Positions 9,781-18,949 of a stretch of 64,000 bases of DNA are shown piece after piece. The notes beneath the pieces are model-generated. The model did not search any database. It worked only from the letters and a program-made list of their open reading frames with translations, and was not told the origin of the DNA. The first letter of the stretch is position 1, and each line of letters starts with the position of its first letter. This stretch comes from Bacteriovoracaceae bacterium UBA4573 (GTDB taxonomy: Bacteria > Bdellovibrionota > UBA1018 > UBA923): the NCBI GenBank assembly GCA_002387735.1, contig DGKJ01000029.1, positions 5,015-69,014 of the forward strand, in the 5' to 3' direction. The translations under genes and the position numbers were made by a program.

Positions 9781-11712
9781 GTGGTTTTCCGGTTGTTCCA
9801 ACAGGGCGTCGCAGTTGGCGGCGCCCTGTTTTTTTTACTTACAACGCAAGTCAGTATCGCCTTTTCGCAAAACCTTCCCACTTCTGAACGAATGCGGACC
9901 TTGTCGAATGAACGCTACTGGCATTTGTTGATGCACTATCGAAAAAACTTGTTCGGAGGTTATCGTTCCGAGGCCGACGGACTAGAGTTTTTTCTGGCAC
10001 CAGACGGTCGAACCGATCCTTACTCAGAACTGGTGGCCAATGTGCGCGCGTTTTTGCAGCCGGAACCGGTAAAAACCATTGGTCCGCTCAAACAACATCC
10101 AAGTTGTGCGTTTCCCGAACGCCACCGCTATTTAAAAGAACAATTGGGTTTGGCTACGCCTGTTGTCAAATGTCCTGACTTCGAAGCGTGGAGGCCCCGT
10201 TTTTCACCCTCTGGTGCTACGCTGGTATTTGCCTCTGCCTATTTGAATAACCCGGCATCAATGTTTGGACATACGTTTCTTCGAATAGATTCAAAACCTA
10301 GAATTGATCACACCAAGAAAAACGATCTTCTCGATTACGGCGTAAACTATTCTGCGAAAACTGGTGACGACGGAGGAATTACTTTTGCCGTTCTAGGCCT
10401 TATCGGTGGGTACCCAGGATTTTTTTCGTTACTCCCCTACTTCGAAAAAGTTCAGGAATACTCCGACGTCGAGAGCCGCGATCTTTGGGAATACCCACTC
10501 CATCTTGAACCCGAACAAATTCACCGAATGATCGGACACATTTGGGAACTCGGCAGTACTTATTTTGATTATTTTTTTTTCGACGAGAACTGTTCCTACC
10601 ACTTACTTTCACTTCTGGAAGTAGCCAACCCGAACTGGCACTTAACCGACGAGTTTTTTTACTGGGTGATTCCAAGCGACACAGTTCGAGTGCTAGCCAA
10701 GGTCCCAGGCGCACTCGGCCCCCCCACCTTTCGCCCCTCGCTCCAACGTCGACTTGAGCGCCAGTATGAGGACCTAAACCCAACTGAACTTGCGCAGTTC
10801 GAACATGCTCGCGACACCCAATTTAAGTTGAAAGGAAACGAATCGGTGGCGGTTCTCGATGTTTTGATCGATCAACAGAAATACGATCTAATGCGAAACC
10901 AACGAAACGAGACGGACCTCGACAAACAATTGCGCCGCGAACTTCTGCTGGCCCGCGCCAAATCTCTTGCAGTTTCCGATCAGAAATATTCCGGCCGAAT
11001 CGATGCCTGGCATTCCGCTGCAGTTAGCAACCGTCCGGACCATGGCGTGCACACCGCCAAACTTTCAGTATACGGCGGCTCGTTTCGAAAAACGGCATAC
11101 TATGGTCTGCAAATACGGCCGGTGTACCACGACTTGTTTGATCAAGACGCCGGCTATCTTGCATTCTCCGAGCTAACCATAGGACGCGTAAACCTCAGAA
11201 TATATCCCAGTGAAAAACGCGTGAGGTTACACTCTGCACATATCGCCGAAGTCACTTCGCTTGCGCCTTCAGATGCGCTCGGAAGCCGTCTGTCTTGGAG
11301 TGCAAGCGGTGGTTTAGTGTCGCCACGCGATGTGGCATGCCGCAATTGTAATGCCTTGGCCGTGGAAGGTGGCGCCGGTGAGAGCTTTTGGCTTTCGCCG
11401 CGTCAAAGTGGAATATTTTACGGCTTACTAAAAATTACTGCTCAGTACAGCGGTTGGTTCGATGCGAATATACGATTCGGTCCACTGGTAGACACCGGTG
11501 CGCTATTTAGTATTAGTGACCAATTAAAAACCGGGCTGCGGGCTCGGTTCACCTATTTTCCGACGCAAAAAATTCGCTGGTCGTTTGAACCCACTTTCAC
11601 CATGGGTTGGTTGTTCGCCAACCAAATGGAGTTTCGCTTTGAGCAAACTTGGACAGCCACGAAAGAAATTCACGGTTTTGACATGAATGGAGCGCTCGCC
11701 TGGTACTTTTGA
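9781..11712 (+). CDS. Large secreted hypothetical protein (possible DUF4105/Lnb-like N-domain plus beta-rich C-terminal half)
   Basis: GTG start 8 nt after upstream stop. N-terminus reads as a signal peptide (VFRLFQQGVAVGGALFFLLTTQVSIAFS). Alternative ATG at 9892. Conserved-looking HTFLRID...GYPGFF...ENCSYHLL block. Confidence 0.5.
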   Translation: MVFRLFQQGVAVGGALFFLLTTQVSIAFSQNLPTSERMRTLSNERYWHLLMHYRKNLFGGYRSEADGLEFFLAPDGRTDPYSELVANVRAFLQPEPVKTIGPLKQHPSCAFPERHRYLKEQLGLATPVVKCPDFEAWRPRFSPSGATLVFASAYLNNPASMFGHTFLRIDSKPRIDHTKKNDLLDYGVNYSAKTGDDGGITFAVLGLIGGYPGFFSLLPYFEKVQEYSDVESRDLWEYPLHLEPEQIHRMIGHIWELGSTYFDYFFFDENCSYHLLSLLEVANPNWHLTDEFFYWVIPSDTVRVLAKVPGALGPPTFRPSLQRRLERQYEDLNPTELAQFEHARDTQFKLKGNESVAVLDVLIDQQKYDLMRNQRNETDLDKQLRRELLLARAKSLAVSDQKYSGRIDAWHSAAVSNRPDHGVHTAKLSVYGGSFRKTAYYGLQIRPVYHDLFDQDAGYLAFSELTIGRVNLRIYPSEKRVRLHSAHIAEVTSLAPSDALGSRLSWSASGGLVSPRDVACRNCNALAVEGGAGESFWLSPRQSGIFYGLLKITAQYSGWFDANIRFGPLVDTGALFSISDQLKTGLRARFTYFPTQKIRWSFEPTFTMGWLFANQMEFRFEQTWTATKEIHGFDMNGALAWYF

Positions 11713-12572
11713 AACGCCGAATCAGTATCTGCTACTTCATTTCCGTTCTGGTTGCCGTCAGCGTTGGCGGCTGCGGCGGTTTTTTTTACCATCCTGATCG
11801 TGAAAAATATTTTGACCCCCATAAAAATGGTTTTAACCCGCAAGACGTTTGGTTCACTGCTGGAGACGGCGCCAAGCTCCACGGGTGGTGGTTCGCGGTG
11901 CCAAATGCTGTAGGCACGATCGTGCAGTTTCATGGCAACGCCGAAAATCTAACGAGCCATTTCGCCAGCCTGGCTTGGCTTACTCGGGAACGCTACAATC
12001 TTTTTATTTTCGACTACCGAGGTTACGGGCAATCTCCGGGCAACCCCGACGCGGCGGGGCTATACTTAGACGGCATGGCTGCGCTCGACACCGCGTGGGA
12101 TTTGCATCAGCGCACGTCTAGGTCGTCGAACCGTTTCGTGGTCTTTGCCCAAAGCTTGGGAGTAATCGTCGCAACACGTGCCTTTTCGGACTTTCAACAC
12201 CGCGACGCCACTTGGATGCTAGTGTTGGACTCTGGGTTTTGCTCTTTTAAAGACCTCGTGCAGGAAAAAATGGCAGACATCTGGATCACCTGGCCTTTCA
12301 GTCCGCTTGGCCGCCTAAGCGTTTCGGATCGATACGCCTGTCGTTCAGTGTTACCTTCACTTCGCGTTCCAACCCTTGTCATTCACGATGAAAACGACCC
12401 GGTCGTTGATATTCGCAATTCTGAAATGATTTTCGACGCACTCACCCAACAAGAAAAACATTTCTGGCGAATTAGCGAGGGGCGCCACGTCGCGGTATTC
12501 GCGATTGATCAACCGAATCGAAGAAAACTCTTTTTAGACCTCTTGTCGTCTCGCCTCGCTCGGGTAAAATGA
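11709..12572 (+). CDS. Alpha/beta-hydrolase-fold lipoprotein
   Basis: Lipobox-like VSVGGC. HG oxyanion motif (VQFHGNAEN). GxSxG nucleophile elbow (AQSLG). 287 aa. Confidence 0.7.
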   Translation: MKRRISICYFISVLVAVSVGGCGGFFYHPDREKYFDPHKNGFNPQDVWFTAGDGAKLHGWWFAVPNAVGTIVQFHGNAENLTSHFASLAWLTRERYNLFIFDYRGYGQSPGNPDAAGLYLDGMAALDTAWDLHQRTSRSSNRFVVFAQSLGVIVATRAFSDFQHRDATWMLVLDSGFCSFKDLVQEKMADIWITWPFSPLGRLSVSDRYACRSVLPSLRVPTLVIHDENDPVVDIRNSEMIFDALTQQEKHFWRISEGRHVAVFAIDQPNRRKLFLDLLSSRLARVK

Positions 12573-12587
12573 ATCAAAGAGGAATAC

Positions 12588-13055
12588 ATGCTCACCGCAA
12601 CCAAAGAAAATCGCGATGGTAAACAATTTGTTTTGTTAGGTGGCACAATCGACGAGACCGACGATTTGGCAAAAGTGATTGGAATGCCGACCGGCCCCTT
12701 GATTGTTTCTTGCCGAGATTTAACGCGAATAAATTCAGTCGGCGTAAAAAATTGGATGAAGTACTTTTCACAACTCCAACAAAATAAATTGCAGTTTGAA
12801 TTCGAAGAACTTTCGGTAGCGCTGGTCGAGCAAGTTAATATTGTCAAAAACTTCGCTTGCGGCGGCCCAGTGCTTTCGATCGCCATGCCGTTTCGGTGTA
12901 ATTCGTGTCAAACGGGATTAACCGGGGCCATCAAGACAGAAGTCGTACGATCGATGAATTTCAATATTGCACCGGTTCAGTGTCCAAAATGTGGCGGATC
13001 GGCGGAATTCGACGACGTGGCCGAAGAATATTTTTCGTTTCTCACGCGCAGCTAG
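12588..13055 (+). CDS. STAS-domain protein with C-terminal zinc ribbon (paralog of 3526..4047)
   Basis: LLGGTIDETDDL...CRDLTRINSVGVKNW (STAS core, conserved Ser). C-terminus CNSC...CPKC...AEEYFSFL. Same architecture and C-terminal EEYxSFL motif as the 3526..4047 product. Confidence 0.6.
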   Translation: MLTATKENRDGKQFVLLGGTIDETDDLAKVIGMPTGPLIVSCRDLTRINSVGVKNWMKYFSQLQQNKLQFEFEELSVALVEQVNIVKNFACGGPVLSIAMPFRCNSCQTGLTGAIKTEVVRSMNFNIAPVQCPKCGGSAEFDDVAEEYFSFLTRS

Positions 13056-13066
13056 AGGGTCGCACC

Positions 13067-14047
13067 ATGAGCGTCAATAAGCTAGTACTGGTGTCTTCGG
13101 GCCCTGAGGATCTCGACTTCGCACTAAAAGTTTGTCAGCGTTTTCGAATTCAGTTGGCCGTGCCTAAATCCTGGCATGAACTACTAGAGACTTTGAGTGA
13201 ATCCTACTCCACCTATATTTTCTGGGCCCTCGGTGATTTGGAACTTCACGACGCCTCTCACCCGTTTTTCATCGGAGCCATTGAAGAGGCACTCACCGGC
13301 CAAGTCGACCCTTCTCGAGTTTTCGCTCTTACGACTAAACCCATACACCACTACCAAGATATGTTTGAAAAGTTCCCCACGATCAAGGGCCGCTTTCAGC
13401 ACAATTTGATCCGCAATTATCCGCCGGGCTGTGAAATTCTTTACGCTAGGCTACTTGAATACTGTTCTGCTCCCGAGCCATCAGGGCTTCAAAAGCTTTT
13501 TGATCCTACGACTAAGATTCAACGACTCGCGCTCAAGAATTCTTCCCAAAAAAACTCCGCGGTTTCCGCCCTCGAAAAAACTCTGCTTAAAACCGGATTC
13601 GATGAACGAATTGCGTCCCGCATTGCGCAGGCGACTGACGAACTACTGATGAACGCAATATTCGACGCATCACGCGACTCCTCAGGGGTGGCCAACCGTC
13701 AAATGCTCGATCGCCGAGTGCATTTCGCCTTTGGCCCTCAAGAACCGGTGGAAATGGAGTTCGGCCTCAATCAAGAATATTTTGCGATCTGCGTCACAGA
13801 CCATTTCGGCTCCTTAAAAAAGGAAACTCTATTTAAATTTCTTCATCAAAATTACCAAGATAAGGACTACCAGCTCCGTAAATACGGTCCTGGAGCCGGT
13901 CTCGGGCTCTACGGCATTGTGGCGGGAGGTCTCAGCCTGCTCATATCCTGCAAACCCGGTAAAAGAACCGATGTAGCGGTGTTTTTCCCACGGGTGAAGA
14001 GCTATCGGGAGTTTCGAAAGAGTTTTCAGTTTACAGCTTTTTTTTAA
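13067..14047 (+). CDS. GHKL-ATPase-domain protein resembling anti-sigma-factor serine kinases (RsbW/SpoIIAB-like) with ~190-aa N-terminal extension
   Basis: ATG 13067 with GAGGGT SD 7 nt upstream. N-box-like ATDELLMNAIFDA. G1-like VTDHFGSL. G2-like GPGAGLGLYGI. N-terminal region KLVLVSSGPEDLDFALKV resembles a degenerate receiver. Confidence 0.5.
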   Translation: MSVNKLVLVSSGPEDLDFALKVCQRFRIQLAVPKSWHELLETLSESYSTYIFWALGDLELHDASHPFFIGAIEEALTGQVDPSRVFALTTKPIHHYQDMFEKFPTIKGRFQHNLIRNYPPGCEILYARLLEYCSAPEPSGLQKLFDPTTKIQRLALKNSSQKNSAVSALEKTLLKTGFDERIASRIAQATDELLMNAIFDASRDSSGVANRQMLDRRVHFAFGPQEPVEMEFGLNQEYFAICVTDHFGSLKKETLFKFLHQNYQDKDYQLRKYGPGAGLGLYGIVAGGLSLLISCKPGKRTDVAVFFPRVKSYREFRKSFQFTAFF

Positions 14048-14065
14048 AGGCACACAATATAAGCT

Positions 14066-14779
14066 GTGACAGGACGTCGCGTTTGGGCCCTTGGGCTCGC
14101 ACTATCGGTTGCTCTCCTTGGTATTTTCTTCTTCGAATCAGAGTCTTCGTCCCCCCCTGCAACCGCGGAGGTGGCGTTTTCTACTCACAACGCGCAACGA
14201 GCGCCGGCGGCCGAAACTCTTGCGCCGACTGAGGCCACGCAATTTGAAACCAGTGGTTGGGCTCCAGTGGTTGTTCCCGCGCCCGACAACGCCCGTCTGC
14301 TTGCCGAGCCTAACGCTTCTAGTGATTCCCAAGTCGCGGCTCTTCACACCTTACTACAGAGTGCGATTTTCGAGTCTGCCGATCTGGAAACACTTGCCCA
14401 CATTGCCCGCACTACGAGTCAGAATAAAACTCGGTACCTGGCGATAGAAGCCATTGCTCGCGCCGCAGATGCTCGCGCAGAAGCAATACTAATTGGCCTT
14501 TTCGAAGACCTCGACGACCCAACTTACTCTCAGGAAACGCGCTCTCAAATACTAAGCAGCATTGAGCCAAGCGATGCTAGTTCCAGCGGAAGTCGTTTTT
14601 TACTTACTCTTTTTTTCCGGGCCGACTTACCAGATTCACTCAAGGAACAAGCCCTTCAGGCACTCGTCGCAGTTTCAATTTCTGACGAATCCGCGATCGA
14701 AGTCTTGGTCCAGCAACTTCCCCAGACTTGGGCCGAACGCTTTATTCTGGCGACTCGGGCGATTCGAGGACAATCATGA
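14066..14779 (+). CDS. Secreted hypothetical protein with HEAT/armadillo-like helical repeats
   Basis: Signal peptide RRVWALGLALSVALLGIFF. Repeated helix-turn-helix stretches (LAHIARTTSQNKTRYLAIEAIARAADARAEAILIGLFEDLDD...). Confidence 0.4.
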   Translation: MTGRRVWALGLALSVALLGIFFFESESSSPPATAEVAFSTHNAQRAPAAETLAPTEATQFETSGWAPVVVPAPDNARLLAEPNASSDSQVAALHTLLQSAIFESADLETLAHIARTTSQNKTRYLAIEAIARAADARAEAILIGLFEDLDDPTYSQETRSQILSSIEPSDASSSGSRFLLTLFFRADLPDSLKEQALQALVAVSISDESAIEVLVQQLPQTWAERFILATRAIRGQS

Positions 14780-16392
14780 CAACTATCAAACGTTATTTGC
14801 GCGCCGCTACGGGCCTTTGTTTCGGTGTATTTTCGATTTTTATGACCGTTCCGGCAAAGGCTGAACACTCGGTGGTTGATTACGGTGAAGCCGTGTACTG
14901 CATTCGAGGCGATGGCGCTCAGTGTACTCCTCAAATGATCGCCAGTCCGGCGCATCGTAAAACTCTGTTACTTCCGACGGGCTATACCGCAAGCGAACGT
15001 GAGGTTTTTCGCCAAGATTTTTACCGGCTTGTTAGCAACCTTGCCCTTGCCGGCACTTCGATCTACGCGGGCGACTATGCCGATCGCATGGTATATGTGG
15101 GTTTTTGGATTGCAAGCCCTCCACTGGAAAGTGGCCAAGCTACTTTTTCAGCTCGCATTGTTCCCCACCCGATTCGAAGCAGCGCCTTAACAATGGACCA
15201 AAGCAAGGTCCACAAGTTAATCGAAAGTCTCAGAAAACTGGAACCGCAGTTATTCACTCCTTGGGCCGCAATCGTCATTTACAACACCGATCGAACGGAC
15301 GTGACGGCCAACGCCTCTCCGCCCTCTTTTATCCAAAAACCCTACGGCCTCGCACGCGTCACACGGGGAGACATTTTAGAGAGTCCCTATATACCGGTTC
15401 ACGAGCTCGCACATGCCGCTCTGAATTTTGTGGACGAGTACACCGAACCTGGACTTGAGAACATGTCGATTCGCTCGATTGACCGTTTAACTCCGCTCGC
15501 CGTGTTATCGGGCGGCTGGTCGGGCTGGGTACGAGCTGTGCGAAATCTCTTTGGGGTGTACTCCTACCGAATTTCAGAGGTACTCGCGGCCAACGGCAAC
15601 GACAATGTCGACGTCACCAAACACCCCACTCGGGTCGCGACCCCGGGGTTTCGCGCCGAAACCTATGAGTACGAAGGCGGAATGTTTTTTGGCCGCGGCA
15701 CTTACCACGACGCGGGTCAAAATTTAATGAACGACGACCGAGCAAACCAAGGAGCCGACGACGGATTCGCCTACGCTCATTCGCCAGCTCAGCAACGGGT
15801 TATTCGTACGGCCTTTCGATTTCCTTACCGGGCCGGGCGCCCCAATGATCGCATTCGAGCTGCCGGACCTCGCGGTAGTTGGAGAGCGGAATGGGGCAAT
15901 ACGACACAACTCATGTTGTTCGACGCTGATAAACACCACCGTTTTCAACCTACCGTTCGTTACGACGTACAAATCGGTTGGTACGACCGCGACTGGAAAA
16001 CTTGTTGGGGCGGCGGCGTAGTGCCCTACCCGTGTTACGAAAATAAATGGGTCACTTTTCAGAAAAGCCAATATCCTTCGGCTCGCAATATAGATTTAAA
16101 TCACACTGCACTTTTCAAGGTTGCAAAGCTATTTCAAAAACTGGCCTGCCACCTTGGAATCGACTCCATCAAACCCAACTCTGCGAGCCAGGGGAAATAC
16201 GATCTCTGTTCACAAGATCTCGACTCGGTCACTGCCAGTTTTCTGCCCACCATGGTGTTTCCGATGCCTTACCAGGACGTATCCATTCCAGCCAAACAGT
16301 GGCTCACCAAATACCACTGGAGGTTTCGCACCTACAACGGCTCATACCATTCCGGCTGGACTGGTTGGAGCTCCTTCACGAGAGCATTATAA
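14776..16392 (+). CDS. Secreted protein with HExxH motif (putative zinc metallopeptidase)
   Basis: ATGA overlap with upstream gene. Signal peptide MTTIKRYLRAATGLCFGVFSIFMTVPAKA. HELAHAAL motif followed by acidic/Glu residues downstream. 538 aa from ATG 14776. Confidence 0.45.
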   Translation: MTTIKRYLRAATGLCFGVFSIFMTVPAKAEHSVVDYGEAVYCIRGDGAQCTPQMIASPAHRKTLLLPTGYTASEREVFRQDFYRLVSNLALAGTSIYAGDYADRMVYVGFWIASPPLESGQATFSARIVPHPIRSSALTMDQSKVHKLIESLRKLEPQLFTPWAAIVIYNTDRTDVTANASPPSFIQKPYGLARVTRGDILESPYIPVHELAHAALNFVDEYTEPGLENMSIRSIDRLTPLAVLSGGWSGWVRAVRNLFGVYSYRISEVLAANGNDNVDVTKHPTRVATPGFRAETYEYEGGMFFGRGTYHDAGQNLMNDDRANQGADDGFAYAHSPAQQRVIRTAFRFPYRAGRPNDRIRAAGPRGSWRAEWGNTTQLMLFDADKHHRFQPTVRYDVQIGWYDRDWKTCWGGGVVPYPCYENKWVTFQKSQYPSARNIDLNHTALFKVAKLFQKLACHLGIDSIKPNSASQGKYDLCSQDLDSVTASFLPTMVFPMPYQDVSIPAKQWLTKYHWRFRTYNGSYHSGWTGWSSFTRAL

Positions 16393-16415
16393 TAGTGTAA
16401 GGTTCGTCCCACACC

Positions 16416-17765
16416 ATGTTCAGTCGTAGATTTTTCCTTGAAACACTTCGTACTCTGCGTCTCGCTGCGCCGATTTCCGGCATGTTCCTGGCCACCATGC
16501 TCATGCAAATAGTTGATACCTTTTTCGTTGGTAAATTAGGGGCCGATGCGTTGGGGGGACTATCGATAGGGGTGGCTGTTTTTTCTTTTTTCATGGTTAC
16601 CGCCATGGGTTTATTGTTGGGGCTAGATTATTTAGTGTCGAAGGCCTACGGCGAGCGTGATCTAAAGGAATGCCGCAATCTTCTGGTGCAAGGGCTTATT
16701 CTTGCGACGACTGTTTCGCTGCCCTTGATCGGGCTTATGCATTTGGCGCCACTGTTTTTTCGCCCCTTCGGACTATCGGATGTCATTAGCGCAAATGCCA
16801 CCGCGTTTTTAATTCCACTTTCTTGGAGCCTGCTTCCCTTTCTACTCACCAATGCTTTTCGAATGTATTTGCAGGGCCAGGGCAACGCGGCGGCGGCTTT
16901 CTACGTAGTAGTGTTGGCGAATGTTCTAAACTTTATACTAAATCCGGTACTCATCTTCGGGGCCTTTGGGTGGGCTGGCATGGGTATAGCCGGTTCTGGT
17001 GTTGCCACATTTATTGGTCGTTGGTTTTCGCTTTTTTTAATCGTGGGTCTTACTTACTTTCACACTCGCTTGCCGCTCTCTGCTTTTGCCGTTACCAGAG
17101 CCCAGACCATTGCCACTCAGAAAAAATTACTGAAGTTGGGGCTACCCGCGGCGGGGCAGCTTTTGTTGGAAGTTGGTGTGTTCGTGGCTACGACCTTTTC
17201 GATTGGTCTCATTAATGCTCAACACCTCGCGGCCCACCAAATAGTTCTTCACATCGCGAGTTTTACGTTCATGATCCCGCTCGGCATTTCGGCCGCAGGG
17301 GCCGTGCGCGTCGGGCAGGCCGTTGGACGTCGCCACTTTTACCGAGTTGCGACCGTGGGCAATGGAGCGCTGTTTTTAAGTTTTATGATCATGGCCAGCT
17401 TTGGCTTAGCCCTCAGTCTCTTCGGCGATTCGGTATTACGGATATTTTCCCACGAGGAACCAGTGATTGCGATTGGGAAAAAACTATTGATAGTCGCTGC
17501 TCTTTTTCAGATCTCCGACGGATTTCAGGTCACCGCTGCGGGCGTATTGCGTGGCATTGGCAATACCAAGGCGTCCCTTTGGGCTAACTTCGTAGGGCAC
17601 TGGTGGTTCGGTTTCCCTCTTGGACTTTACCTGTGTTTTGGCAGTGCAAAGCTCGAATCGTTTGGCGCCTGGATTGGGCTATCAGTTGGGCTAACCGCAG
17701 TGGCTGCGGCCCTCATGGGGGTTTGGTTGGCCAAATCGAACGGTCGCGTACTCAAAGGAAAATAA
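16416..17765 (+). CDS. MATE-family multidrug/oligosaccharide efflux transporter
   Basis: 12 predicted TM helices. Duplicated MATE halves with the characteristic LGLPAAGQLLLEVGVF second-half start. 449 aa. Confidence 0.85.
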   Translation: MFSRRFFLETLRTLRLAAPISGMFLATMLMQIVDTFFVGKLGADALGGLSIGVAVFSFFMVTAMGLLLGLDYLVSKAYGERDLKECRNLLVQGLILATTVSLPLIGLMHLAPLFFRPFGLSDVISANATAFLIPLSWSLLPFLLTNAFRMYLQGQGNAAAAFYVVVLANVLNFILNPVLIFGAFGWAGMGIAGSGVATFIGRWFSLFLIVGLTYFHTRLPLSAFAVTRAQTIATQKKLLKLGLPAAGQLLLEVGVFVATTFSIGLINAQHLAAHQIVLHIASFTFMIPLGISAAGAVRVGQAVGRRHFYRVATVGNGALFLSFMIMASFGLALSLFGDSVLRIFSHEEPVIAIGKKLLIVAALFQISDGFQVTAAGVLRGIGNTKASLWANFVGHWWFGFPLGLYLCFGSAKLESFGAWIGLSVGLTAVAAALMGVWLAKSNGRVLKGK

Positions 17766-18274
17766 CGGTAGGCCAACTCAATGTGCGATTTTTCTTCTTC
17801 AGCAATCTGCCCGAAGATTTCAGCACTTATTGGATCAAATTGTTGCATGCGTTTAGCAAATCGTAACCCCGCGTCTCGCCCCCGTTCTTCGGCTCCCGCA
17901 ATGTAGTGGCAAAATGCGCGAGCGCTGGTGCAAGTAAGAAAGCTTCGCCACAGAAAATCACTCACCGGTCGTTCGCGCAGTGGAATGCCGAGCCCTTCGA
18001 GCCGAGCCAGCAACCAATTCATGTGTTTTTCTTCTTCTTGCGCCAAACGTAGCCAATCCAAGCGTAGTTCCGCGCTGACTTCCTGGGTAAATCGATCGGC
18101 CGCCCATCGAAACCCGTGAATGGCCTGCAGTTCCGCGAACGCTGCGGCACGCAACCGATCGCCTATACCCTCGCGCGTTCCCATGGGGCGCGGAGGATTT
18201 ACGATGCTTGAATCGACCCAAAATGGGTCCCAATTTGGTGTCATGCGGAGAGGGGTATCATATGGCGTACGCAA
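17627..18274 (-). CDS. Ferritin-like di-iron-carboxylate family protein (DUF455-like)
   Basis: Two ExxH motifs in predicted helices (EEEKHMNW and EEEKSHIEL) plus additional Glu ligand candidates (AFAELQ, AGAEERG), typical of the ferritin-like superfamily. C-terminal 46 aa are low-complexity and overlap the MATE gene. Confidence 0.6.
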   Translation of the reverse strand: MRTPYDTPLRMTPNWDPFWVDSSIVNPPRPMGTREGIGDRLRAAAFAELQAIHGFRWAADRFTQEVSAELRLDWLRLAQEEEKHMNWLLARLEGLGIPLRERPVSDFLWRSFLTCTSARAFCHYIAGAEERGRDAGLRFAKRMQQFDPISAEIFGQIAEEEKSHIELAYRYFPLSTRPFDLANQTPMRAAATAVSPTDSPIQAPNDSSFALPKHR

Positions 18275-18381
18275 AATGTTAGGCAGTTTTTTCCTACTCT
18301 TTTGGTTTTTGAAGCGACTCCGACCCCTTACCCCTTTCGTAGCGAGCTCTAGCGACCGATAAAATCACTGGAGGCTCGCTT

Positions 18382-18879
18382 ATGTTCGACTCAATTCGCC
18401 TAAAAAGTTTTTTAGTGTTTGCTCTGGTCCACGCAGGATTCATTACCCTAGGGGTTTCGCTACATAAACTCTCTGGAACCACTCCCGCGAACCCAGCCAT
18501 GACATGGGCGATTATCGGACTGGCGGTCGCGTACTTTGGCTTTGTTCTGGGCTCGGCGTTCTTATACTTACCGTTCGTCCCTTGGATCAAACGGTACCAC
18601 TTTCTTGCGAATTGGCGTGAATGGATTTGGGCCGAGCTCCCAACTCTTCTGGCCTTGATCCCACTAATTCTTGCGCTCGGTAAAGTGGCGCAAAACGCAT
18701 GGGCCGAACTAAAACGCCACCATCGGCGCGACGAACTAGACCTACAAAAATTTGCAAAAATCGTGTCCCATTTCGCGGACCAAGCAAACGGAGTGTTACA
18801 AGAAGAAGAACCTTCTGCTTCGCGAGCCAATAAACCTCGCAAACCAAAATCGACCGTCCGACACCGCAAGGCGGCCTAA
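18382..18879 (+). CDS. Small integral membrane protein (3 TM), hypothetical
   Basis: Three strongly hydrophobic helices (FLVFALVHAGFITLGVSL; WAIIGLAVAYFGFVLGSAFLYLPFV; LPTLLALIPLILALG). Basic C-tail. Confidence 0.45.
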   Translation: MFDSIRLKSFLVFALVHAGFITLGVSLHKLSGTTPANPAMTWAIIGLAVAYFGFVLGSAFLYLPFVPWIKRYHFLANWREWIWAELPTLLALIPLILALGKVAQNAWAELKRHHRRDELDLQKFAKIVSHFADQANGVLQEEEPSASRANKPRKPKSTVRHRKAA

Positions 18880-18949
18880 CCGGCTTTCTCTGCGCGGCTC
18901 GCTCCCCGGTGCCTTGACAGTTCTTTTCGACTCTCCTACCCCTAAATGA

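Noticed and set aside
18294-18869. 191-aa minus-strand ORF fully overlapping the 18382..18879 plus-strand ORF
   Set aside because: Arg/Ser/Trp-rich low-complexity translation with no motifs. The plus-strand frame encodes three clean TM helices. Treated as a shadow ORF.
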